Shown piece by piece: positions 12,670 to 24,976 of a stretch of DNA of 64,000 nucleotides (within the stretch, counting starts at the first letter, position 1; the number at the start of each line of letters is the position of its first letter). Source of the DNA: Octopus bimaculoides (lineage: Eukaryota); NCBI RefSeq assembly GCF_001194135.2, contig NC_068981.1, positions 127,005,340 through 127,069,339 of the forward strand, given 5' to 3'. The notes beneath the pieces are model-generated. The model had not been told where the DNA came from and made no database searches. It was given only the letters and a program-made list of their open reading frames with translations. A program made the position numbers and the translations under genes.

Positions 12670-15532
12670 GAACGTAAATAATGTATTTGTTTTGTTTCTG
12701 TGCATTCTGAATTCAAGTCCTGCCCTCTGTTACCAGCAAAAATGGTGAAAGGCCTGTGAAAGTCCTTAAGCAAATGCTTAAGTATTCCAGTTGGATCAAT
12801 CTCGAGGAGAAAGCAAGGAAATGGTCGAGTCCTTGGGTACTCGATGAATAAACAATTTTCATTAGTTAATTGTGAAGACTAGCATTGTTAACAGTCTTCA
12901 CAGACTCACCTAAACTGAAAGACATTTTGATAAGATTAATATAAGTGATATTTAGTTTGAATTTAGACCAAGAGAAGAAAACATAGGGAAGGAAGGAATT
13001 CAACAGGATAGAAATGAGTATCTGGAAAGAAGGGATTAAGCACTCATTAACAATAGAAGTTTGGGAAGAGGGATACAATAAAATTGGTGGAAAGCCTGCT
13101 GAATTAAGTGGGTTTATGTTGTGGTACAGAAATGATGAATCCACCAAATGAAATTATGGTGATGATGATAAAAAAAAAGTGAAAAGATATTGGACAAGAC
13201 TGTAGAGTATAACTTGCTAATTTGGGATATATTCATATTTTAACATTTTACATGTGGTCAAACAGTACCAGTACATGGCAGGTAACCAATCCAAGATGTG
13301 CAAGGTGAGAAGAATTCTGAATAACTGAGACTTCATTAAAACCAGCAGATAAAGTCAAGTGTTAAGCTATATCATGATTATGAATTGCAGCGAATTAAAT
13401 ACTGATACTTCAAAATCTTTAATTTCATTACTATTACTCATTGTGTAGTCAATCTTCAAAATTTTGGGGTTTATTTACTCAACTCTAATATTTGCAATAT
13501 TATTTCAAACTCTCTTTCTTTTTTATTTAATTAGTACAGAAAGTCTGAAAAGTACTTGGTACAGGTCTACCATTTTTCAAAGACCATTTCCACGAACAAA
13601 ATGGTAAACACTAAATATTTTAATACTTGCCAATAATTCCCAATAAAAATAGCGACAGAATTATAATTCTTATAAAAATACCAACCACTTATAAAATATA
13701 GTTACTTTATTTACACTATATTACATGCATATTTTTGTATTAGGTTTATGTGTATGTATGTAGGTATGCATATACATATACATTACACATTTGAGAATAT
13801 TCGCTAGTTTGGGCATATTTGTATATATGTTAGTGGATATATTATACATTTATACAATATATATAATGTATGCAAGAATATATACCTGACTTACACATGC
13901 TACATGCACACATACGCACCATCACATATACATGTGTAAATATATTAAAGATTTTAAGAGTTATAATAATAGTCAAAATGACAATTTCTAACATAGGCAC
14001 AGAATCAGAAATTTGTGGAGAGGGAACAATTGATTATATCAACTCCAGCACTCGATGGTACTTATTTCATCAACCCCAAAAGGATAACAGGCAAAGTCAA
14101 CCTTGATATATTTGAACAATATTTAATAGAGTTAATAATTTCTAATATTGTACATTGTTGTAAGATAAAAATTAATGTTAGAAAGGAAACGATGGCTTAT
14201 ACATTCAGCCACATTACTCTATATCACTGGCAATAGCTATTTACTGATTAAAATAATGTGACCTACACATATAGCACCATGTGAGTCAGAAGACATTGGT
14301 AACAGCATTCTTTGATAGAATCATATAAGCACAATTACTCTGGAATTTTCTGGCTAATCTTCTCTCTCTTTCTCAGGAGCATTTAAACAACTATTTTCTC
14401 CAATCATTATTTATTACAAAAGAAAAATTTCTTCTCAAATAATATCACTAGAGTAAATTAATAAATTAAATCTTTGATATAAAAATGTTGAAAAAAAGTA
14501 AATTATTAGTAAAAATTTCCTTTCATATTGTAATAAATATAATTTCAATATGTGTACAAATTTGTGCATATATGTATATACAGCAGTGAGCTGGATATAG
14601 TCCACATGAAATGGCTAACAACCAGTTCTCATTAAAAAAAAAGTTTTGCTAGAAACTGAAGAGTGACTCAAAAAAGTTGATCAGTTATGCCACACAGTCA
14701 ACTGACTCCACCTACCTACACTACAAAAATTCAGTTGGCCCTTTGATGCTTTGAAAGTTTTAAGTTACTGTATTTGTAGCATAAATATCTCTATTTTAAT
14801 GTTCAATTGCGAAAACGTAGTTCAAAAGTTATTTATGGTGATGAGAGTAAGGATATGCGTCAGTGTATGAATGCATGTAACTATGTATTGGGGAGTAATT
14901 GTCTGTTTGCATATGTTCCCACTACCACTTCTGCCAGCATTCCTCAGCCTCTATACTTCTATCTCACTCTCCTCCCTGCAATATTTTAGCAGGTCATCTT
15001 AACTGTAACACTGTTGTTTGATGTATTGTACCTGTCTTCCTAAAAAAACTTTCATGTCACTTTAACTGCATCTCCTTTTCTGATTGTTTGAAGGATGAAT
15101 TTATCAGCCTAATGTTCAGCTTTTTTCACCTTCCTCTTTCATCAGCATACTTCCATGGCATTTTGTACTCTCATACCATCCATCTCCCCACTGAATCAAT
15201 CAAGTTCAGTTTAGTTCAAATTTCCTCACTTTCAGACAAAGGGTAATCAACAAAACAGTATTGCTACAGTCCACACAGCAAAGAATTTCATAAATCTCAA
15301 CCATATACCAATTGATTTTTTTGCTGATACAGACTGTTACCACATTCACCTGACACTGGATTACATCTCAATTTAATATTATATTGCTGAATTCAGAATT
15401 TTTGCCTAAAATTTTGGCTACTAAGTAAACTGGTTGTTAAAGTTTTGACAGCTAAGCAAACAAGTTGTTAAAAGTTTAGTAGCTCACCATTACATACATA
15501 CACACACACACACATAAATACATAATACACAC

Positions 15533-15569
<37 letters not shown>

Positions 15570-15614
15570 ACATTTATATATATATGTATATTTATATATA
15601 TATTATATATATAT

Positions 15615-15645
<31 letters not shown>

Positions 15646-16398
15646 NNNNNNNNNNNNNNNNNNNNNNNNNNNNNNNNNNNNNNNNNNNNNNNNNNNNNNN
15701 NNNNNNNNNNNNNNNNNNNNNNNNNNNNNNNNNNNNNNNNNNNNNNNNNNNNNNNNNNNNNNNNNNNNNNNNNNNNNNNNNNNNNNNNNNNNNNNNNNNN
15801 NNNNNNNNNNNNNNNNNNNNNNNNNNNNNNNNNNNNNNNNNNNNNNNNNNNNNNNNNNNNNNNNNNNNNNNNNNNNNNNNNNNNNNNNNNNNNNNNNNNN
15901 NNNNNNNNNNNNNNNNNNNNNNNNNNNNNNNNNNNNNNNNNNNNNNNNNNNNNNNNNNNNNNNNNNNNNNNNNNNNNNNNNNNNNNNNNNNNNNNNNNNN
16001 NNNNNNNNNNNNNNNNNNNNNNNNNNNNNNNNNNNNNNNNNNNNNNNNNNNTATATATATATATATATAGACACACACACACACATGTATGGTCATGTAA
16101 TTTTAAATTCTAAATTTTAGATTGTTTCAAAATTTGTTTACTTTATTCAAAGATATTCTAACACTTAAAAGTTTATCTAGTTTCTCAGAATTTCATTTCA
16201 TACTTGACATACAGTGTTGTTTCCTTTCAATTTCACAGATCAAACAATTTTATTTCAATTGGTCAAGACAAAGTAAAAAAATATTAAGAAACAGCTTTCT
16301 TCATCAAATTTTTTTGCTGTTGTAATTGCATTGTTTTCTGGGTGGTTGTTTTTTTTTTTTGTACAGAAAGAAATTTGCATTTAAAAGAGAAATAATAT

Positions 16399-19025
16399 TT
16401 AAGATTCAGAAACAGAAGCATTGCTAGATTGTTGCTGTTGTTGATCACTTTGAAAAGTGTTTTCTGAAAAGGCCACTGACTGATTAGCATCAATTTTAGG
16501 TCGGGGTTTGACTGCATGACCTGCAACAACAGTATTACTACTAGTTACAATAGTCAAAGGTTTCGAAGAAGTAATTGCTTTGCCAGCAGTAGTTACAACA
16601 GAAGAATAATTAGAAGCAGAAGCTATGCCTAAACTTTGTCCAAAATTTGAAATACCCGTGGAACCATCTGCTGAGATACCTGCCAAAGATAGTTTCCGTA
16701 ATTCAGCTTGCGTCCGCTGCCCTGAATCTATGTTCAGTAAAGCAGCAATAGTGTTTAGACGTGGACGAGTGGGTGCTGTTGATGTTGATACTGCTGCTGC
16801 TGCTGAAATGTGGCTGGCAGCAGTAGAACTGTGGCTTGTTGACTGAGTTAAGGCAGTACTGCTAGGAAGAGAAACACTACTCAAAGACAACTTGTGAAGA
16901 TTAAGTTCTTGGGTGGGAAGTGATGGGAGTATTGATGCAGATGTTGCAGCTTCTGTTGCTGAAGACACTAGCATGTGCTGCAGTAAAGAGTTATTGGTTG
17001 CAACAGTGCTGACAACATCTGACTGCTGAGGTGTACTCATGGCACTACTTGAATTCTTCACAGAAGAAAATCCTAATAGCTTTTTATGAACTAACTGACT
17101 CTCTTTGCTGGTAGACTGAGAGATGGCAGCTCTAACTGCAGACAAAGAGGTGTTAACTAAATCTAACGTTTGTTTATCATCTTTCTCATTGAGTTTTCTT
17201 TGTGCATCAAATTGCTGCACAGATTGCATCGGTGTCTTTTGGAGGAGAAGTTGTGAAATTTGGTTGGTTGCCAGAGAGTTTACACCTGACTGCGGAGTAG
17301 TAATTGTATGTGTACTAGATACAATATTAGTTCCTGAATCAGTTGAAACAGTTTGTAAAGTATTCCAATTAACTCCAGAATTATAAGAAATGGATGAAGG
17401 CAATGACATTTCAGTCCCTTTAACAAATGCTACATTTGATTTATCAGTGACACCTGATGAAAGATGACTTATTGCATTGGCATCTTTTCGTCCAGCGATG
17501 GAAGTTAAAATCATTTGTGCTTTCTCAGCAATAGCAACTGAATAAGGTGGAGGAGGCTTTCCAATTATTGCTGACTTTGGCATCATATATGATTGTGTAA
17601 CAGCAGGATCACCTATTGACCCTGCATGGGATTGGGAGAAACCCACTGGAACAGATGATTGGACTTTTGGGACACTGGAGTATTGCTGGGCAAGGGATAC
17701 AATGTCTCCTTCTGAATGTTGAGAAAAACGTTCTTGGTTCTGAAGTGATGACAATTCTCTGGATTGTATTAAAGATGACAATGTTTGCTTTTCTTGTTGT
17801 GTCAGACTACTAAGGTCAAATGATCGCACCATAGACGACAATGTCAAACGTTCCCGAGTGGATGAAGGCGAAGGTTCATTTGCCTCAGATGCATTTTGAT
17901 GAGGCACTTGTTTAGAGCTAGTTAAATTATTAACACCCTGAACCATAGAGCTTAGAGTGAATCGCTCTTGCTGAGCAACAGAAGTTTCACCACTGGTTTG
18001 CAATAAGTTCTGAGATAAAGTTCTGCTTTGTGGAGTTAGTAAAGTACCACCTTGACTGAGTGAAGTTGCTGTGGCGGTGGCACCACTGGAAGATTGACCA
18101 GACACAGCGACACTTCTTAACTGGTTTGCATTCAATTCCATAATTGTCTGTGATGATAAATCTACTTCGCTACCGCTCGTTAGAGAAGACTTTCGGGTCA
18201 AAATTGGTCCTGACGATCCCGTTTGTGGAGTGGTGGCCTGTGTAAAAATGGAAAGTTTGTAATCTGGTGAGGAAATCTTATTTTGAGAAATTCCAAGAGT
18301 TTGTGCAGTGAGTACATCATCCTTGCGCAGAAGTGAAGATTGCTGTGTGCCAGCTGGAGGAGACTGTGATATAGAGGTGACAGGTGACAGGGCAATATTA
18401 GAAGGATTAGTTGAAGGAACATGGCTTCTTGAAGATAACTGATTGTGAAGAGTAGCAGCGTTAACCTGAGCAATATTTTGAGCTGAGCTGATAGGAATCT
18501 GAGTGTTGTGAAACAGAGTTTGGGTGGTGGGAGACTGAGTTGGCTGCGATTGAGATGTAAGCAATTGGTTAGCCTGTGTGGTCAGAGAAAGGGATTTTAA
18601 TAACTGGGGGTGATTTGCTTGGTTTGCACGGGCTTTGGCTGCCTGAAAATACTGGCTAAGGCTGGCTCGGTTCATTTGTGACAAAGCTGCTTGTAAAGCT
18701 GAAGGAGCTCCTCTTGGCTTTGCTAACTGAACTGAGGCTGTGGCACTCAGCTGCAACTTACTAGTGGGCTCTTGAGATGGTGACTGACTAACAGCTTGCT
18801 GGGGGATTGTCTGACCCATTAAGGCCTGTGGAGATGATTGACTAATGACAGCCTGGGGTGAAGCCTGACTAGATGGAGTCTGTGGAGATGCTTGACCTAC
18901 TGATGCTTGTGGGGAGGGTTGGCTAAGGACTGACTGTGGGGAGGCCTGGCTTACTTGTGACTGGGGTGAACTTTGCCCTATTGGGGTTTGGTTTCCTATC
19001 TGAGCTTGCTGCTGTTGCTGTTGTT

Positions 19026-19056
<31 letters not shown>

Positions 19057-21560
19057 AAGAACTAACTGCTGAAGCTGTTGCAACTGCTGCTGCTGCTGCT
19101 GTTGCTGTAGCTGCTGTTGCTGCATTTGTTGTTGCTGTAGCTGCTGCTGTTGTAATTGCTGCAGTTGCTGCTGTTGTAGTGCCAGCTTCTGAGATGCTGC
19201 TTGATTTGCAAGCTGCTGGGCAACACGTTGCGGAGAGACAAACTGTCGTGTTTTCTGTTGTTTGATCAGTTGAGTAAGCTGTTGCGTTATCTGCTGCTGC
19301 ATCACACTTTGCGACTGCTGCACACTGGACACCGGCTGACCAGCAACTTGAGATGTTTGTTGCTGCTGCTGCTGTTGTTGTTGTAATTGTTGTTGTAGCT
19401 GTTGTTGTTGCAGTTGTTGCTGCAATTGTTGTTGCTGTTGCAGTTGTTGTAGCTGCTGTAATTGATGTTGCTGCTGTTGTTGCTGCTGCTGTTGTTGCTG
19501 CTGCTGTTGTTGCTGTTGCTGCGACATTTGCTGCTGCGCTAAACTGAGTTTCAACTGTTGCTGACTGACAGTTTGTTGTTGATTTAAAGCTTGTATTAAC
19601 TGTTGCTGCTGCTGTTGTTGCAATTGCTGCTGCTGTTGTTGCTGTTGTTGTTGTTGCTGTAATTGCTGCTGTTGCTGCAATTGCTGTTCCAATGAGGTCT
19701 GAGCCTGTAACTGGGAAGCCTGTATCACTTGTTGTGATGTCACTTGGGATCTTTGCTGCTGCTGCTGCTGCTGTTGCATTTGTTGCTGCTGCTGCTGTTG
19801 TTGTTGTTGTTGCTGTTGTTGTTGTTGTTGTTGAAGCAACTGGTTTATCTGCTGCTGAGTAGCCTGAGATAGTTGCTGTGGAGCAGACTGAGCCTTCTGT
19901 TGCAGCAGTCCCTGGCTAAGCTGGGCTTGTAGAGAACTAAAACTAGGCTGACTAGCTGCAGGTGATGCAGCATATGGAGAAGTTGGGGGAGCCCTTGGCT
20001 TACCTGAGGCTACATGTTTAGATTTGTCTGAACTTAACTTTGGTTTGCCTGAAGCAGCCTGGCGGGGTTTAGTAATCAAACCAGTCTGGGGTAGATTCTG
20101 TTGGACTACCCGGTGTGCAGAAGCCGTCTGAGCCATTGGATTGGACTGGAGTGTAATTGGAGACAGAGCACCAGTTTGTAAAGGTGACGGAGCAGTTGAA
20201 GACAGTGGAGACTGGGCAGCAGTAGGGGATGGGACAGGTTGATTCATTGGGGACAGGGCCGGCTGCTGTAAAGGGGACATTGAGATTTGTGTCATGGGAG
20301 AATGTGTGTGCTGACTCATAGGGGACTGAGTGTGTTGACTCATTGGAGAGTGAATAGTTTGACTGATAGGTGACTGGGCAATAGGAGACATAACAGGATG
20401 AGCTATGGGTGATTGGACAGGTTTTGCCATGGGTGAATGAACAGGTTGAGGCATGGGTGAATGAACAGGCTGTGCCATAGGGGACTGTATGGATTGGATC
20501 AAAGGTGAGTGGGCAGGATGCATCATTGGTGATTGGACAGGTTGGTTCAAAGGTGACTGAGCAGGAGATTGTACAGGTTGAGCCATAGGAGAATTAGCAA
20601 GATAGGATTGAGCTGCTCTGACCACAGAAGGCTGTTGTGCAACCTGGGCAGACTGATGAGAGAAGAGGGAAATGCTAGATCGTGAAATACCTGCCACCGA
20701 ATGAGCTGATTGAGTATTGCTGGCAAAGTGTGAAGCCTGAGTAGATACTGCAAGTGCAGTGGCAGAAAGAGGAGAGCTGGCAGGTGCACCAATAGGAGAA
20801 GTAGGAGCCAAAGTGGTGCTGGTGGTAGTAGTAATGCTGGTGGTAGTAGTAGTAGTAGAAGTAGTAGTAGTAGTAGTAGTGCTGTTACAGCTAGCATTAG
20901 CTGTAGTGGTACCAGATAGTGATTGTGGCACATTTTGTGGAAGAGAAACCCTTGGTTTATTAAAAAGAGTTATATTAGAGGGGTAAGAGCTTACCATTGG
21001 TTCAGTCATGAGAGCTTGGGTTAGAGGTGTGTACTTCGAGGGGCTGACGACAGCAGTGGTCATGGCTATAGACAAACCAGTGGATGACCCACTTGTCTTG
21101 ATGGGGCTTTCCACTGATTCTGCTTGAGTCACTTCGGTCGCATTGAACTCAGCATCGCTTGGAAGTATGCTTTGAGGAACTTTAGTAACAGTGGATGTAG
21201 TCTGTGCAGCATTTTTCTCTGCACTCTGACCAGTTTGAGATTTGGGACTGGATAATGTACGAGGAGACGAGGAGGTGGAACGTAAAGGTGGAGTGTATTT
21301 AGAACTCAAGAGACGATTGTGTGAGCTCTTTGCTCCAACAGATCGAGGTGTACCTGGTGGTGTTATAGAAGGTGCATACTTTTCAGCAGACATTGGCGTT
21401 CGAGGTGATGAGAAAAAACGTCCACCTGCTGATCCTCGAGCAGACTTTGGGGTACCTTTCTTTCGCTGGTCCTTTGTAGCTTCAGTGGCTTTCCTTTGTC
21501 GATTAAGATCGTCAAGTACTTTATCCATTCTGGCAACTCTCTTTTTGCCTTTTGATGAAC
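16399..21560 (-). CDS. PAGR1: PAGR1/PA1 giant terminal exon (5,162 nt): end of the conserved domain, then about 1,700 aa of S/T/P/Q-rich polyQ extension
   Basis: Acceptor tttttctcaatccAG at 21562-21561, phase 1 (G|GT). Starts GSSKGKKRVARMDKVLDDLNRQRK (recalled human: [25 protein letters not shown]). The frame is open for 1,720 codons to TAA at 16401-16399. The three exons joined from ATG 28983 give 5,535 nt = 1,844 aa. Confidence 0.88.
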
Positions 21561-22121
21561 CTGGATTGAGAAAAAAAATACCCATGAGAAAATGATAAAG
21601 ACAAAAAATATAATACAATTTATTTTTCTATTTTATTGTCAAGATATTCCAGAGATGAATGCTCACCACCTAATAAACTGAAAAAATTCTGAGCAATGTC
21701 CACAACCATTTGTTCTATTCTGCATGTATCACTACTAAACACTCCAACCTTACAGACTACATATCAAAGTTTTCTTATGGTCACAATACATCCTAAAATC
21801 ACCTTAGTATGACTAAATACAGAACGAGATCATAGCATAGGTGAGACCATTTCATATATTCAATGTATTTGGTTAATAATCTGCTTTCCAGACCATTATA
21901 TTTATATTGCTGAGACTGTACGCCTTCACTTAAATTTTTCTTTTTGCTGCTACTTTGGATCTATAATGCCATGCGAGTGCAGGTGCAATAGTTTATTTGT
22001 TGAAGAAACTGTTTTTCTATTTGGATGTCTTTCCTACTACTAACCACAAATATCAGGTGAGTGTTAAAAGTATATTTTTAGCAGTCAGGGAAACCAGAGC
22101 AAGGAATTAAGTATCATAGTT

Positions 22122-22512
22122 GTTGTTGTTGCTGGCACTCCGTCACTTACGACGCCGAGGGTTCCAGTTGACCCGATCAACGGAACAGCCTGCTCGTGAA
22201 ATTAACGTGCAAGTGGCTGAGCACTCCACAGACACGTGTACCCTTAACGTAGTTCTCGGGGATATTCAGTGTGACACAGTGTGACAAGGCTGACCCTTTG
22301 AATTACAGGCACAACAGAAACAGGAAGTAAGAGTGAGAGAAAGTTGTGGTGAAAGAGTACAGCAGGGTTCCCGACCATCCCCTGCCGGAGCCTCGTGGAG
22401 CTTTTAGGTGTTTTCGCTCAATAAACACTCACAACGCCTAGTCTGGGAATCGAAACCGCGATCCTATGCCCGCGAGTCCGCTGCCCTAACCACTGGGCCA
22501 TTGCACCTCCAC
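22122..22512 (-). mobile_element. Full-length tRNA-headed SINE (family A) with 11-bp TSD
   Basis: Head GGAGGTGCAATGGCCCAGTGGTTAGG...GGTTTCGATTCCC (A and B boxes), (CAA)n tail, and TSD GTATCATAGTT at 22111-22121 and 22513-22523. Confidence 0.88.
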
Positions 22513-23224
22513 GTATCATAGTTAAGAACACAACAAAATGACAATAGAAAGATTTGAACCTCTGCCATGTAGTTAGAAGATCAACACGAACTTCTCAGCC
22601 ACTGTGCTTCATATTCTACAAGAAGAAAAATCTACTTTTCCCTGTAAGGACCAACTATACAGTCAAAAGCCTCAATAAAATTAAGAGTTTATTTATCAGA
22701 AATATAGCGCAAGCAAACCAAAAACTCTGTTATCAGTGGTGACAGTTTTAATAATATGCAGCTAAGGATTACATCAATCTCTAATACTCAAGAAACCTAT
22801 CATAACATAGCGTTCATTATATGTGACAATAACAGATAATAAGATATCTATCACAGTTCTATCATAGCTGAGGGTTGGCGACAGGAAGGGCATTCAAGCT
22901 GTAAAAAATTTGCCTCAACAAATTTTGTCCACCCCATACAGGTATTGAGAAGTGGATGTTGAACAATGATAATGGTGATGATGATAACCAGATTTTATTG
23001 ATATGCTCATGCAATGGAAAAAGTAAAATAGTCTGCCTTAATCTCCCCAGTGACTTAGTGGTGACAGAGAGAGAATCCATACAGTCAGTTTGACTGCTAA
23101 AGAATGAAACTTACCAAAACAACCAACATAAGTATATATTTTTTTAAACAACCGAATTAAAATTGACTCCTAAGCAATGAAGTGATTTCCTGTAACCTTT
23201 CCTTTATTTCATATCGAATATCTC

Positions 23225-23470
23225 ACGTAAAATACACCATTTCGAGCATGGTCGTTGTCAGTACCTCCTGACTGGCCTTTGTGCCGGTGGCACGTAAAAG
23301 CACCCACTATACTCTCTGAGTTGTTGGCGTTAGGAAGGGCATCCAGTTGTAGAAACTCTGCCAAATCAGATTGGAGCCTGGTGTAGCCATCTAGTTCACC
23401 AGTCCTCAGTCAAATCATCCAACCCATGCTAGCATGGAAAGCGGACGTTAAACGATGATGATGATGATGA
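23225..23470 (+). mobile_element. Family C retroposon, 5'-truncated
   Basis: Same 3' end and (GAT)n tail. Further truncated copies at about 2330-2503 (+), 6290-6445 (+), 36170-36380 (+), 26505-26760 (-) and 52010-52150 (-). Confidence 0.85.
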
Positions 23471-23477
23471 TCTAGTA

Positions 23478-23795
23478 CAGGCCCGGTCAACTCGAATTAC
23501 ATTGTGGACCACTTTAATCACAGAAAGTTTTTTGAGGGCCGCTTATATACTGACAGAATTGAAAGCATTTTGCTTTCTCAAGCTATTATTACAATAATGA
23601 ATGAATGATCGTTGATTCAACACGAAATATCGTTGCAAAAACAGTATCTTTCTTTTTTACATTCCATTACAATCTTTAATCTTTGATAAAATTTTTAAAA
23701 TGCTTGCTTAAATAAACCCATTTCAAGAAGGTATCAAGTGGGCCACAATATAAAAGTCTGCGGGCTGCATGCAGGCTTCAGGTTGGCCAGCCCTG
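23478..23795. mobile_element. hAT (Charlie-like) MITE with 8-bp TSD
   Basis: Imperfect TIRs CAGGCCCGGTCAAC...GTTGGCCAGCCCTG, flanked by ATCTAGTA at 23470-23477 and 23796-23803. Confidence 0.8.
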
Positions 23796-24209
23796 ATCTA
23801 GTATGTAGTCTTAACATTTAATTGAACTAATGTATGTAAAGCAGGCATGCATGGATAACCAGTTTCAAAAAGTGAACTGCATGAGAAATAACTCATCATC
23901 AGACAGACTTCACTACTAAAATAATTCAAGGTAATTATTTTGTTAGACATTGCTTTCAGAAATTCCCGCTGGCTGCAGGTTGCCTATGTCTGAGGTAAAG
24001 TGTCCTGCCTAGAGACATGACAAAAAAATTTATAGCAGATACCAGTACATTATACATAATTTCATCTCAACATTTAATGGATATTTCACTCCAATATCAA
24101 ATAAGATATTAACAATGAGCCTAACAATATGGGAATCTCTCCCACTGCAACAAATATTCAACAACTAAACAGATTGGAATGACATATATATATATATATA
24201 TACACATAC

Positions 24210-24292
24210 CAGGTGTTTTTCTAGGAGTTAGTTTAGTGGTAGATTGCTCTAGGCTGCCATCATCAAAATCAAATTCTGTAGGTTGTGGCACC
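24210..24292 (-). CDS. PAGR1: PAGR1/PA1 internal 83-nt exon (VPQPTEFDFDDGSLEQSTTKLTPRKTP)
   Basis: Acceptor tttttcAG is phase 2 (AA|G = K) and donor G|GTATGT is phase 1; both agree with the flanking exons. PTEFDFDD and RKTPG match the recalled human PTEFDFDD...RRTPG. Confidence 0.9.
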
Positions 24293-24976
24293 CTGAAAAA
24301 AATAAAAAGTAAGCAAACAAAACCTTTATTAAGGAAAATATTCTTTACATCTTCAGTAACGAACAATGGCAAATTTGAGAAATTTCCATGTTTATTTATT
24401 TTGTTAGTTTGGCAATTATACATGAGAAAAAAAAAATTTTTTTTCATTCCTTGTAGGAAACATGCAATTATATTACATCAAGCTGCATTCCTAAACAAGG
24501 TACATAACTCTGCTTGCTCCAGTTCAACTCCTATATCAGTTGGGTGGTTAACAGTAAGAAAAAGCATCCAGCTGTAAAAAAACAAAAAAGACAACGGAAA
24601 AAAGAAAAAAAAAACCTATTTCTCTAACAACTAAACCAACCTACCATACAAGGATAGAAATAATGTGGTTCTATTGTTTCCATCCTTGTAAAAGAAAATG
24701 TTTCTCCTTTCTAATATCACATCCAATTCTAAGTTACAATTTCTTGGAAAAAAAAAAAATTATTGCCAATTTTGATACATAAATAATGAGTATCAAGAGT
24801 AAAACTTGCTTGACCCCTTCATTTTCTTTCAAAATTGTACTGAAAAGAATGAGAGGAAACAATATGTTCCACCATTATACAACAGTTTGTTAGCAGCAGC
24901 TTCTTAGTGTAAACTTTATTTACAAAGCAGGGACCTCTCTGGCCTTTATATCATGTAGCACAAAAAATAAATATTT

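Noticed and set aside
18936-19547. Val/Ala-rich + strand ORFs (also 20759-20986, 21242-21595, 28904-29170)
   Set aside because: They are antisense shadows of PAGR1 codons.
21561-21618. N-terminus MYYIFCLYHFLMGIFFLNP of the 1,739-aa ORF
   Set aside because: This is intron (polypyrimidine tract plus AG); the exon starts at 21560.
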